DNA from: an uncultured Bacteroidaceae bacterium
GTDB taxonomy: Bacteria > Bacteroidota > Bacteroidia > Bacteroidales > GCA-2748055
NCBI GenBank assembly: GCA_964538375.1
Contig: CAZIFQ010000003.1
Coordinates: 130,439-194,438, forward strand
Direction: 5' to 3'
DNA: 64,000 bases
Position numbers and translations under genes: made by a program. Under the pieces are notes generated by a model, which was given only the letters and a program-made list of their open reading frames with translations, ran no database searches and was not told the origin of the DNA. This document shows positions 9,427-19,023 of this stretch, piece by piece (position 1 is the first letter of the stretch; each line of letters opens with the position of its first letter).

Positions 9427-11001
9427 CTATTTCGCGTAATTCACAGCCCGGGTTTCCCTGATAACTGTTATTTTCACCTGTCCCGGATAGGTCATCTCAT
9501 CCTGAATCTTCTTGGCTATATCGTAGGAGAGTTTGTCTGCATCTTTATCGCTTACCTTCTCACTTCCAACAATAACTCGTAATTCACGACCAGCTTGAAT
9601 AGCATAGCTCTTAATTACACCTGGGTATGATAAGGCCATGGATTCAAGTTCTTTCAAGCGCTTGATATATGATTCAACCACTTCTCTCCTTGCTCCCGGC
9701 CTGGCACCTGAAATAGCATCACAAACCTGGACAATCGGAGAAATAAGAGAGGTCATTTCAGTCTCATCATGATGAGACCCAATGGCATTGCAAACTTCTG
9801 GCTTTTCTTTGTACTTCTCAGCCAATTTCATTCCGAAAATTGCGTGTGGTAGTTCCGGCTCATCATCAGGTACTTTTCCAATATCATGCAATAGTCCGGC
9901 ACGCCTGGCAATCTTGGCATTGAGACCAAGTTCTGAAGCCATAATAGCACAAAGGTTTGCTACCTCTCTTGAGTGCTGAAGAAGGTTCTGTCCATACGAT
10001 GAGCGGTATTTCATTTTACCTACCATTCTTGTTAATTCAGGGTGTAAACCATGAATTCCAAGGTCAATAGCTGTTCTTTTACCTGTTTCAATGATCTCTT
10101 CTTCAATCTGCTTCCTTGTTTTTTCAACCACCTCTTCAATTCTTGCAGGATGAATCCTGCCGTCGGTAACGAGTTGGTGCAGCGCCAGTCGTGCAATTTC
10201 ACGACGCACTGGATCAAATCCCGAAAGAATAATGGCTTCAGGAGTATCATCTACGATCACTTCAATACCAGTAGCAGATTCCAGGGCACGAATATTCCGT
10301 CCCTCGCGACCTATGATACGGCCCTTCATTTCATCTGAATCGATATGGAAGACTGTGACAGCATTTTCAATAGCGCTTTCGGCAGCCACCCTCTGGATGG
10401 TTTCGATAACTACTTTTTTGGCATCCTTGTTGGCGGTCAATTTTGCTTCATCCATAATATCGTTGATAGATGACATGGCCTCAGTTCTGGCCTCTTCTTT
10501 CAACGATTCCACCAACTGCTTGGTGGCTTCTTCTGCAGAAAGCCCGGAAATAGTTTCCAGCTGCTCAACCTGCATTCTATGTGATTTCTCCAGCTCTTCT
10601 TTACGCTTTTCGATCAAGTCAAGCTGGTTTGTAAGGTTACCGCGAATTGCTTCTGTATCGCTAAGTTCTTTTCTAAGTTCATCCTCCTTTTGTGTAGCAG
10701 TATACTCTTTCTGCTTAATCGCAGATTCTCTCTGCCCAATCCTGTTATCCTTCTCGTTGATCATTTTTTCATGATCAGCTTTCAATTGGAGAAATTTTTC
10801 TTTTGCCTGCAGCATTTTCCTCTGCTTTATCATCTCTGCTTCCTGCTCGGCATCTTTTATGACATTACTTCCCTTCCTTTTTATCGATGCGGTACACACA
10901 AAATACGTCGCCACTATTCCTATTATCAATGTGCTTCCTCCAGCCAAAAAGTACCCCATCAAAGGAATCTGTAACACCACCTGGCTTATTAACAGTTCCA
11001 T
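9427..11001 (-). CDS. rny: Ribonuclease Y
   Basis: N-terminal TM, coiled coil, KH domain ([17 protein letters not shown]), HD domain (LLHDIGK), C-terminal [10 protein letters not shown]. Confidence 0.98.
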   Translation of the reverse strand: MELLISQVVLQIPLMGYFLAGGSTLIIGIVATYFVCTASIKRKGSNVIKDAEQEAEMIKQRKMLQAKEKFLQLKADHEKMINEKDNRIGQRESAIKQKEYTATQKEDELRKELSDTEAIRGNLTNQLDLIEKRKEELEKSHRMQVEQLETISGLSAEEATKQLVESLKEEARTEAMSSINDIMDEAKLTANKDAKKVVIETIQRVAAESAIENAVTVFHIDSDEMKGRIIGREGRNIRALESATGIEVIVDDTPEAIILSGFDPVRREIARLALHQLVTDGRIHPARIEEVVEKTRKQIEEEIIETGKRTAIDLGIHGLHPELTRMVGKMKYRSSYGQNLLQHSREVANLCAIMASELGLNAKIARRAGLLHDIGKVPDDEPELPHAIFGMKLAEKYKEKPEVCNAIGSHHDETEMTSLISPIVQVCDAISGARPGARREVVESYIKRLKELESMALSYPGVIKSYAIQAGRELRVIVGSEKVSDKDADKLSYDIAKKIQDEMTYPGQVKITVIRETRAVNYAK

Positions 11002-11021
11002 AATTTCTAATTTTTAGGTAT

Positions 11022-11224
11022 AAAAAAACCCGCATATTCCTTCAAGATTTTATAAAACCCCTATAAGGCATTTAAGGAGTCGCCGTCTCTTGTCGAGTTT
11101 CCACTGATCCCGATAAATCGTGATTTCCGGCGAACCGAAATTGTGGCCTGCTCTTCAAGCTCCGAGCTTTACTCCAATTTTATAAATGTTGAGTTTCAAA
11201 AATAATTTGAAGAAACAATGCGGG
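11022..11224 (-). ncRNA. ssrS: 6S RNA
   Basis: Lies between zapA and rny, the usual Bacteroidota position. Ends pair (cccgcat..ttcaa at 11029 with ttgaa..atgcggg ending 11224); internal ggagt/actcc helix; A/U-rich central bubble; 3' U tail on the minus strand. Confidence 0.85.
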
Positions 11225-11251
11225 CAAAGTCTTAATATGTAAAGAACGCTA

Positions 11252-11542
11252 TTACTCTTCTTTCAGTAAGATATCCAACTCCTCATTCAATACTTTTAAA
11301 TCTTCCTCCAAAGATACTATATTTTGCTTTGATTCGCAATCTAAAAGCTGAATCACAAATTGTAAAGCTGCCATGGCTAAAAAATCCTGAGAATCTTTAT
11401 CAGTATACCTCTGCTTATACTGTAAAAGCTTATCATTAATCAGTTTGGCCGCTTTCCTGATTTTCTCCTCGTCTCGCCTTTCTATTTTTAAGGGATAGTA
11501 TCTTTCTGCAATCTGCACCTTTATGGGTAACTTCTCTTCCAT
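11252..11542 (-). CDS. zapA: Cell division protein ZapA
   Basis: IKVQIAERYYPLKI..EEKIRKAAKLIN...DFLAMAAL; sits upstream of 6S and rny. Confidence 0.92.
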   Translation of the reverse strand: MEEKLPIKVQIAERYYPLKIERRDEEKIRKAAKLINDKLLQYKQRYTDKDSQDFLAMAALQFVIQLLDCESKQNIVSLEEDLKVLNEELDILLKEE

Positions 11543-11551
11543 CTATCCCTG

Positions 11552-11845
11552 TTATCTGTTTAAAAGAGCAATACACTTATCTATTTCCCGCACAATTTTG
11601 TTTATCCGCAATTTGGCATCCTGCGACTCCTCGCTCTCTGCCGAAAAAGCTTTTGCAAGCTTCAGCGTATTGTTTTGCTTTCTCAGTTCGTTTAACTCTT
11701 CTTTCTGTTCTCGTAATTTATCTCCCAGTTTATTATTCTCCGCTTCCAGTTCCAGGTTGCTGTTCTTATGCTCCACCAATCGTTCCCTCAGCGACTGAAA
11801 CTTTTGCTTTAAATCATCAATTATATAAACCTGATCGACGCTCAT
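11552..11845 (-). CDS. Coiled-coil protein (ZapB-like) upstream of zapA
   Basis: All-helical heptads, conserved C-terminal AKLRINKIVREIDKCIALLN. Confidence 0.75.
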   Translation of the reverse strand: MSVDQVYIIDDLKQKFQSLRERLVEHKNSNLELEAENNKLGDKLREQKEELNELRKQNNTLKLAKAFSAESEESQDAKLRINKIVREIDKCIALLNR

Positions 11846-12078
11846 TAAACAGAGGTGTTATATTACAAATATAAGACTGTTTTCGATAAATAAAAACGCT
11901 TTACTGTTAATGATTATCAGATAAATGTATACTTGGGTCCTTTTTTCAATAAGAATAATGCTTTAATGGCTACTGTATAAAATACTTGACCTGTATAGAT
12001 AATATTCCCTGGTTCATAAAATTTCTTTCACTCGTTGATAATAAATGATAGTTTTGCATGAAAAATTGTAGAAGATTT

Positions 12079-13791
12079 ATGAAGAAAATTATTTTATTGG
12101 TATTCCTGCTGGGAGTATCATTTATGGCAAAAGCACAAAATGGAACAGACTTCAGATCACCATTGGACATCCCGCTTTTTTTATCAGGGAATTTTGGTGA
12201 GTTAAGATCCAATCATTTTCATTCCGGGATAGATATCAAGACCCAGGGAACAACAGGTCATAAAGTTTATTCTATTGAGGATGGATATGTTTCAAGAATT
12301 AAAATCCAGGGAGGTGGATATGGCCATGCACTTTACATTGCTCATCCAAACGGATATACAAGTGTTTATGGTCACCTGTCAGCATACAACGAGGCAATTA
12401 CTGCTTATGCCAGGAAGGTTCAGTATCAGTTGGAATCTTTTGAGGTGGACCTGTATTTGAAACCCGGTGAATTCCCAGTTAAGAAAGGAGAAATCGTTGC
12501 CCTATCTGGAAATACCGGTAGCTCTGCAGGCCCTCATCTTCATTTTGAGATCAGAAAAACATCGAATCAACACCCAGCTAATGCCTTGCTGTATCATTTT
12601 CCAATAAAGGATGATATAGCTCCAAAATTTACTCAATTGGTAATCTACCCAAGAGGAGAAAATGCCCAGGTGCAACAGGGATATGACGATGTAGCATTTG
12701 GCCTGGTAGACTCGGGAGATGGATACAAAATAAAAGACAATTCCATTATCCTCGGCTTTGGAAAAATTGGCTTTGGCGTTGAAGTATATGACTACCTGAA
12801 TGGAACAAGAAATCGTTGCGGGGTATATACCCTTGAACTTTTAGTAGATGGGGAAACTCACTTCATGACTGAGATGGGGGAATTCTCTTTCTCAGAGAGC
12901 AGATTCATCAATGCACATATTGACTACGCATTCAAAAATGAAACCAAAAGAAGTGTACAACGGCTCTACAAGTTGCCTTACAATGACCTGAGCATATATA
13001 AATATGTAAATGGTGATGGGCTGATTGATATAAGAGACACCCTGTCACATGAAGTATCGATAGTTGCAACAGATGCATATGGAAATCAATCTGAAATAAA
13101 TTTCAATCTTAAGGGAACCGGAGTACCTCAAAGAATGGCCAGCAGGAAGAGTCCATCTACAGTTCTCTTACCATACAATGCAGAAGGGGGATTTGCCGAC
13201 AGGGATATTAATTTATCATTCCCTGCTTACAGTTTTTATGAAGATATTCCATTTACTTACTTGCGCACAGGTGGACTCCCCGAAACAGCATCAGATATAT
13301 TCCAGGTGCATTCAAAATCAACGCCGGTTCACAAGCGAATTAAACTCTCTTTGAAACCACCTTCAGACCTCAGCATGTATAAAGAGAAAATCTGTATGGT
13401 TACTGTGAATGATGACAATGAAATAGCTTGCGTGGGAGGCAGCTATGAGAATGGATATGTAACAGCTGAAGTTCGAAGCTTCGGAAAGTACGCCATAGCA
13501 ATTGATACAGTTGCACCAGGCATTACTGCACTAAATCTGCATGCAGGTAAAACTATTACCACTGAGCCCGGTCTAAGGTTTGTCATCAAGGATAATCTCT
13601 CAGGAATTTCGAGTTATAAAGCTTATCTTGACAATAATTGGGTTCTGATGCAGTATGATCCTAAAAACGAGCTGCTTGTGTATACCTTTGATGATGACAG
13701 GATCAGTAGCAACAGCAATCATGAGCTCGAGTTATATGTTGAGGATAACAAGGGAAATAAAGCATTCTATCATACCACATTTTTCAGATAA
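12079..13791 (+). CDS. M23-family metallopeptidase, secreted
   Basis: Signal peptide MKKIILL..AKAQ; HSGID (HxxxD) and GPHLHFEIR (HxH). Start moved from 12058. Confidence 0.93.
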   Translation: MKKIILLVFLLGVSFMAKAQNGTDFRSPLDIPLFLSGNFGELRSNHFHSGIDIKTQGTTGHKVYSIEDGYVSRIKIQGGGYGHALYIAHPNGYTSVYGHLSAYNEAITAYARKVQYQLESFEVDLYLKPGEFPVKKGEIVALSGNTGSSAGPHLHFEIRKTSNQHPANALLYHFPIKDDIAPKFTQLVIYPRGENAQVQQGYDDVAFGLVDSGDGYKIKDNSIILGFGKIGFGVEVYDYLNGTRNRCGVYTLELLVDGETHFMTEMGEFSFSESRFINAHIDYAFKNETKRSVQRLYKLPYNDLSIYKYVNGDGLIDIRDTLSHEVSIVATDAYGNQSEINFNLKGTGVPQRMASRKSPSTVLLPYNAEGGFADRDINLSFPAYSFYEDIPFTYLRTGGLPETASDIFQVHSKSTPVHKRIKLSLKPPSDLSMYKEKICMVTVNDDNEIACVGGSYENGYVTAEVRSFGKYAIAIDTVAPGITALNLHAGKTITTEPGLRFVIKDNLSGISSYKAYLDNNWVLMQYDPKNELLVYTFDDDRISSNSNHELELYVEDNKGNKAFYHTTFFR

Positions 13792-14877
13792 TTGATACTG
13801 GAAAAAACTTCATACCTGGTACTTGGACTGATGTCCGGCACATCGCTCGACGGTGTCGACCTGGCATTGTGTGAATTTAATTTTAAAGGCAAGTTTCGAA
13901 CATTCGAAATTGCAGAAGCCACTACCCTGCCCTACAATTCTACGCTCAGCAAAAAATTGAAAGAATGTATAAATTACGATGACAAAGAACTGGCTTTACT
14001 AGATATTGAGGTGGGAGAGTTCTTCTCAGAAGTTATCAACTCATTTTTGGCAGGGAGAGAAAATCTTCCTCAACTTATTGCTTCACACGGACATACTGTA
14101 TTTCACAGGCCGGAAGAGGGCTTAACACTGCAAATCGGGAATGGTGAAGTAATGGCTGAAAAAACCGGGATTACAGTTGTAAACGATTTCAGGAGTCAGG
14201 ACGTACTTCTAGGCGGACAGGGAGCTCCACTGGTTCCAGTGGGAGACAGGGATTTGTTTTACGCTTACGATTTTTGTCTGAACCTGGGAGGGTTTGCAAA
14301 CATCTCATACAATGATAGTGATTCTTCAGAACGAATTGCATGTGATATCTCGGCTTGTAATATGGCTTTTAATCATCTTAGTCAGAAGCTTGGACAGCCA
14401 TATGACAGTAACGGTTTGCTGGCGCGAGGCGGAGATATTGACAGCGAGCTTTTGGACCAGCTTAATAACTTGAACTATTATAAATTGCCTGCCCCAAAAT
14501 CACTTGGGAAAGAGTGGTTTGTGGATCAGTTTTTACCAATACTTGAATCTTCTGAATTGAATATTTTTGATAAACTGGCCACAACTACGGAGCACATAGC
14601 AATGCAAATTGCAAAATTTATCAATGTTGCCAGGCAAGCAGAATCGAAATTACTTATCACAGGAGGTGGAGCTTATAATTCATTCCTGATTGAGCGAATA
14701 AGAAACACCTGTGATATAAGTATGATTCTGCCCAGGAATGAGATTATTGAATATAAAGAGGCACTGATTTTTGCCTATCTTGGCATTTTGAGAATCAGAA
14801 ATGAAGTAAATGTACTTTCTTCTGTTACAGGAGCAAGAGAAGACAGTTCTTCAGGAGTAATACATTGCAAAAATTAA
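13792..14877 (+). CDS. anmK: Anhydro-N-acetylmuramic acid kinase
   Basis: GLMSGTSLDGVD, SHGHTVFHRP..TLQIG, DFRSQDVLLGGQGAPLVP, LNLGGFAN, GGGAYN, KEALIFAYLG; TTG start abuts the M23 stop. Confidence 0.95.
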   Translation: MILEKTSYLVLGLMSGTSLDGVDLALCEFNFKGKFRTFEIAEATTLPYNSTLSKKLKECINYDDKELALLDIEVGEFFSEVINSFLAGRENLPQLIASHGHTVFHRPEEGLTLQIGNGEVMAEKTGITVVNDFRSQDVLLGGQGAPLVPVGDRDLFYAYDFCLNLGGFANISYNDSDSSERIACDISACNMAFNHLSQKLGQPYDSNGLLARGGDIDSELLDQLNNLNYYKLPAPKSLGKEWFVDQFLPILESSELNIFDKLATTTEHIAMQIAKFINVARQAESKLLITGGGAYNSFLIERIRNTCDISMILPRNEIIEYKEALIFAYLGILRIRNEVNVLSSVTGAREDSSSGVIHCKN

Positions 14878-14882
14878 GATAC

Positions 14883-16025
14883 ATGGAAAATTTTATTTCA
14901 TATAATCCCACAAATCTGCATTTCGGCAAAGACGTAGTGAATGAACTCGGAGCTATAGCAGCATCAACAGGGAGAAAAGCACTGTTGGTTTATGGTGGTG
15001 GATCTGTCTTGAGAAATGGTAGTTACCAGGATACAGTCAATCAGCTGAAAGCAAACAACATTGATATCATTGAGTATAGTGGCATTAAACCAAATCCATT
15101 GGTAAAAAGTGTTGATGAAGCTGCTGAGTTAGGATTGAAAGAAGGCGTTGATATGGTAGTCGCTGTTGGTGGAGGAAGCGTTATTGATTCAGCCAAGATA
15201 ATTGCTGTTTGTATTTCAGACAAAGTGAAAGGATGGGAAATAATGACAGGTGCGCATGAGCCAAAAGCTACAATTCCCCTTATATTAGTTTTAACTCTTG
15301 CTGCCACAGGAACAGAGATGAATCCAACTGCAGTGCTGCAAAATCCGGAATCAGATGATAAGAGGGGCTTCAGGCATCCTGTAATGTTTCCTAAACATTC
15401 ATTCCTTGATCCTGGATATACGAAATCAGTACCTCCGGATTATACGGCTTATGGTATTGTTGATTTAGTAGCTCATTCTTTAGAAGCATGGTTTGGAGCT
15501 GGTCATGCTCCACTATCAGACAAATTCGTATTAGCCATCATAAAGGAAGCGCTGGAGATAGGCCCTAAATTGATGAAGGACCTTGAGAATTATGAACTGA
15601 GGGCAAGAATAATGTGGGCAGCAACCAATGCATTAAACGATGTCACCATGCATGCGCGCAAATCCGGTGACTGGGGTGTTCATGGCTTAGGTCATATATT
15701 ATCATACTTGTATGACACTGCTCATGGAGCAACTCTTTCTATTATTTATCCTGCCTGGATGAAGCATATTGCACTTCGTGCCCCGGATCGAATCATTGAA
15801 CTGGGCAGTGCCCTGTTTGGGGTCAATTCTGTCTCAGCAACAGTGAAAGAATTTGAAAAGTTCTTTATTGAATTAGGAAGCCCCATAAGAGCAAATGAAG
15901 CAGGAATAAACAAAGAAAAAAGTAGTGAGATACTTGAACTTATGAGAAAACATAAAGTATCTGGAATGCATCATTCCCTCGATGAGTCTGACAGGAAGGC
16001 CATTGTAGAAATGATGATGGTATAA
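14883..16025 (+). CDS. Iron-containing alcohol dehydrogenase (BdhA/YqhD-like)
   Basis: NPTNLHFGK, AVGGGSVIDSAK, TLAATGTEMN, metal-binding His (HSLE, HGLGH, HGATL). Start moved from 14865. Confidence 0.93.
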   Translation: MENFISYNPTNLHFGKDVVNELGAIAASTGRKALLVYGGGSVLRNGSYQDTVNQLKANNIDIIEYSGIKPNPLVKSVDEAAELGLKEGVDMVVAVGGGSVIDSAKIIAVCISDKVKGWEIMTGAHEPKATIPLILVLTLAATGTEMNPTAVLQNPESDDKRGFRHPVMFPKHSFLDPGYTKSVPPDYTAYGIVDLVAHSLEAWFGAGHAPLSDKFVLAIIKEALEIGPKLMKDLENYELRARIMWAATNALNDVTMHARKSGDWGVHGLGHILSYLYDTAHGATLSIIYPAWMKHIALRAPDRIIELGSALFGVNSVSATVKEFEKFFIELGSPIRANEAGINKEKSSEILELMRKHKVSGMHHSLDESDRKAIVEMMMV

Positions 16026-16030
16026 AATCG

Positions 16031-16062
16031 AAAAAGGCAGATCGGGAGATCTGCCTTTTTTC
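16031..16062 (+). terminator. Intrinsic terminator after the ADH gene
   Basis: aaaaaggcagatc-ggga-gatctgccttttt hairpin. Confidence 0.88.
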
Positions 16063-16063
16063 T

Positions 16064-16100
16064 ATCTAACTAAAACTACCAACTAAACTACTAACTAATA
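16064..16100. repeat. Degenerate AACTA-type microrepeat
   Basis: ctaactaaaactaccaactaaactactaacta directly after the terminator. Confidence 0.5.
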
Positions 16101-16382
16101 TCTTAAATTTTGTTCTATTTACCTTTTAAAATCTGCTGCTATTAAAATGAACTGCAAATTTGATAGTACAAAAATACGTTCTATTCTTCTAAGGAAAATT
16201 AAGTAATTGTTAATTTTAGATTAAACTATTATTCATTCATATATTGGCATCAAACCCAAAAAAATTTAAATTTTCTTATGTTATAAAAATAATTTCTTGT
16301 TTGTTCTGATGAAAAATAGAATCTTTATCCCCGATTTAAAAATCACCTTACGTATATAAGTATCTTAATTAAATATATTCTT

Positions 16383-18059
16383 ATGAAAAAGATTTTGACA
16401 TTCGTTCTCGCTCTTGGATTATTAGCCGTGCATGTAGATATGAGATCCTGCACAAATTTCCTGGTTACCCCTGGCGCTTCAGTTAATGGATCTTCGATGA
16501 TTACATACGCAGCAGATGCTCATGTGTTATATGGAGAATTATATTTTACTCCGGCTGCTAAGTATAAGCCAGGTTCGATGTTGAAAGTTTACGAGTGGGA
16601 TACACATAAATACCTCGGGAAAATAAAACAAATTTCACAGACTTATTCTGTTATCGGTAATATGAATGAGCACCAGGTGGCTATTGGAGAAACTACATAC
16701 GGTGGTCGTTCCGGACTTGTTGATACTACAGCAATAATTGATTATGGTAGTTTGATGTACATAACCCTTCAACGAGCTAAGAGTGCGCGTGAGGCCATAA
16801 ATATAATGGGTGAGTTGGTTGACACTTACGGATACTATAGTTTAGGAGAATCTTTCTCTGTTAGTGATGCCAATGAAGTGTGGATCATGGAATTGATTGG
16901 AAAAGGAATGGATATTGAAGACGGCGTTAATAAGAACAAAGGTGCTGTATGGGTTGCAGTAAAAATACCTGATGGTTACGTTTCCGGTCATGCAAACCAG
17001 GCACGCATCCGCCAGTTTCCTCTCAACGATCCTGATAATTGTTTATATGCTCCAGATGTAATTTCGTTTGCAAGAGAACAAGGATTTTATGAAGGAAGCG
17101 ATGAAGATTTTAGTTTTTCTGACACGTATGCGCCAATTAGTTTTGGTGGAGCAAGATTTTGTGAAATAAGAGTATGGTCATTTTTTAAGGATGTGAGCGA
17201 CGATATGGATCAGTATTTTGCTTATGCCAGTGGTCATGAACTTGATAACAGGATGCCTTTATACATTAAGCCAAACAGAAAAATTTCTAATCACGACTTA
17301 ATGAATTTCATGCGTGACCACCTTGAAGGTACAGAACTTGATATGACGAAAGATCCCGGTGCAGGCCCATTCGGTCTCCCCTATCGCTGGCGCCCGCTCT
17401 ACTGGGAAGTTGACGGACAGCAATATTGCAATGAAAGAGCAACAGCAACGCAGCAAACCGGATTTTCTTTTATAGCAGAATCACGCGCCGATATGCCTGA
17501 TATGATTGGTGGAATCTTTTGGTTCGGTATTGATGATGCGGCTTCTACAGTTTACGTACCAATGTATTGCGGAATGAACGAGGTGCCTGAATCATATGCA
17601 GTTGGCAATGGCGATATGCTGACTTATTCAGACAATTCTGCTTTCTGGGCATTCAATTTCGTATCCAATTTTTGCTACCTCAGGTATAATATAATGATGG
17701 AAGATGTTAAAAAGAAACAGCAGCACCTGGAATTGAAATTCATCGAAAAAGTAAAGCTTATTGATGCAGAAGCAATGAGATTACATGAGAATAGTCCAAA
17801 GAAAGCACGCAAATACATTACCGAGTTTTCCGTAAATGCAGGAAACCACACTGTTGATGTATGGAAGGAACTTGGACAATATCTTCTTGTAAAATATATC
17901 GATGGAAATATCAAGAAAGAAGAGGACGGAAAATTCCTGCGTAACCCCTACGGTTACCCTGTTGGTCCGAGTCAGCCAGGATACTCCGAAGATTGGAAGA
18001 AAGAGGTTGTAAAAGGAACGGGTGAGAAGTTGTTGGTGCCAGAGGGCGGCGGACATTAG
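16383..18059 (+). CDS. C69-family dipeptidase (Ntn hydrolase), secreted
   Basis: Signal peptide then nucleophile C in CTNFLVT; GNMNEHQVAIGETTYGGR, LQRAKSAREAI, HANQARI. Confidence 0.92.
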   Translation: MKKILTFVLALGLLAVHVDMRSCTNFLVTPGASVNGSSMITYAADAHVLYGELYFTPAAKYKPGSMLKVYEWDTHKYLGKIKQISQTYSVIGNMNEHQVAIGETTYGGRSGLVDTTAIIDYGSLMYITLQRAKSAREAINIMGELVDTYGYYSLGESFSVSDANEVWIMELIGKGMDIEDGVNKNKGAVWVAVKIPDGYVSGHANQARIRQFPLNDPDNCLYAPDVISFAREQGFYEGSDEDFSFSDTYAPISFGGARFCEIRVWSFFKDVSDDMDQYFAYASGHELDNRMPLYIKPNRKISNHDLMNFMRDHLEGTELDMTKDPGAGPFGLPYRWRPLYWEVDGQQYCNERATATQQTGFSFIAESRADMPDMIGGIFWFGIDDAASTVYVPMYCGMNEVPESYAVGNGDMLTYSDNSAFWAFNFVSNFCYLRYNIMMEDVKKKQQHLELKFIEKVKLIDAEAMRLHENSPKKARKYITEFSVNAGNHTVDVWKELGQYLLVKYIDGNIKKEEDGKFLRNPYGYPVGPSQPGYSEDWKKEVVKGTGEKLLVPEGGGH

Positions 18060-18061
18060 GA

Positions 18062-18110
18062 ACCCTATCCCCTTGCTGAAGCAAGGGACTTCCCCTTGAG
18101 AAGGGGAAGA
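18062..18110. repeat. Twin-hairpin palindromic element
   Basis: cccttgc-tgaa-gcaaggg (18070-18087) followed by cttcccctt-gag-aaggggaag (18089-18109). Confidence 0.6.
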
Positions 18111-18141
18111 GGTAAATGGCAACTTTTTGCAGTTAGTAAAA

Positions 18142-18216
18142 CAACTTTAGTCACTTTAGTTCACTCTGGGTTTCAACTTTAGGCACTCGAAGTACTCAAA
18201 GTACTCAAGGCACTTA
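18142..18216. repeat. 9-mer tandem microrepeats
   Basis: caactttag/tcactttag/ttcactctg, then aggcactcg/aagtactca/aagtactca/aggcactta; 18150-18165 is the exact reverse complement of 45946-45961. Confidence 0.65.
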
Positions 18217-18255
18217 ATTTGTTAACAACTACTATTAAATTAATAAAATATTTTC

Positions 18256-18263
18256 TATCTTTG
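18256..18263 (+). promoter_or_regulatory. Bacteroidota -7 promoter element for rplS-tRNA
   Basis: TATCTTTG(C) consensus match 45 nt upstream of the rplS start. Confidence 0.65.
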
Positions 18264-18308
18264 CACCCTGTAAAATTATAGGGAAAATACACTAAAGATT
18301 TTTGAGCA

Positions 18309-18656
18309 ATGGACTTAATGAAAGTGGTAAAAGAAAATTACGCAGTAGCTACTGAATTACCAGACTTTAGCGCAGGTGATACAATTACTGTACATTATAA
18401 AATTAGAGAAGGAAATAAAGAGAGAATTCAGCAATACAGGGGTACTGTTTTGCAGAGAAGAGGAGCAGGACATACTGAGACTTTTACAGTGCGTAAAATG
18501 TCAGGTAACGTAGGTGTTGAAAGAATCTTCCCTACCGCATCTCCTTTTATCGATAAAATTGAAATTAACAAAAAAGGTCATGTACGTCGCGCCCGTATCT
18601 TCTATCTTCGTGGATTAACTGGCAAGCGCGCCAGGATCCAGGAAAAGAAATTCTAA
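18309..18656 (+). CDS. rplS: 50S ribosomal protein L19
   Basis: [43 protein letters not shown]. Confidence 0.98.
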   Translation: MDLMKVVKENYAVATELPDFSAGDTITVHYKIREGNKERIQQYRGTVLQRRGAGHTETFTVRKMSGNVGVERIFPTASPFIDKIEINKKGHVRRARIFYLRGLTGKRARIQEKKF

Positions 18657-18670
18657 GAACTTATTTAGTT

Positions 18671-18744
18671 GGACTAGTAGCTCAACTGGATAGAGTACCT
18701 GACTACGGATCAGGAGGTTGGGGGTTCGACTCCTCTCTAGTTCA
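18671..18744 (+). tRNA. tRNA-Arg(ACG)
   Basis: Acceptor ggactag/ctagttc, D arm, anticodon stem cctga/tcagg with loop ctACGga, T loop gttcgac; CCA not encoded. Confidence 0.96.
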
Positions 18745-18754
18745 CAACTAATAG

Positions 18755-18783
18755 AAGCTGTCAAATTTTGGCAGCTTTTTTTT
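18755..18783 (+). terminator. Intrinsic terminator after tRNA-Arg
   Basis: aagctgtcaa-att-ttggcagctt hairpin followed by a T run. Confidence 0.85.
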
Positions 18784-18852
18784 GTTGTTATTAATTTGTT
18801 GAAAATCAAACCATTCTGTCCTACGGTATGTTTAACTTTTAAATGAAACATT

Positions 18853-19003
18853 ATGAAAAAATTTATTGTGATGTACCGTGCCCCTATTGCTATGATGGAA
18901 CAGGCAGCCAACACTTCTACTGAAGACGGGACATCCTCACCTGGGTTGGGATGCTTCTTGTGATATTGAGATTCACCAATCAATGCCTATGCCGGGGCAA
19001 TAG
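18853..19003 (+). pseudogene. Internally deleted remnant of a small YCII-like protein gene
   Basis: Frame from ATG 18853 reads MKKFIVMYRAPIAMMEQAANTSTED. A +1 frame from 18929 reads GHPHLGWDASCDIEIHQSMPMPGQ* (TAG 19001). From memory these resemble the N- and C-termini of a ~110-120 aa YCII-like family. Confidence 0.6.
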
Positions 19004-19023
19004 GGTATTAGAAATTCCGAATT

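Noticed and set aside
10232-10774. 180-aa ORF opposite rny, and other overlapping ORFs such as 23857-24297, 4560-4961 and 36378-36755
   Set aside because: Shadow ORFs fully overlapping well-supported genes, with no motifs
16031-16165. Possible antisense sRNA ending at the ADH terminator
   Set aside because: The terminator looks bidirectional, but the candidate promoter (CAAATTTG) lacks the TA of the -7 consensus and there is no other support
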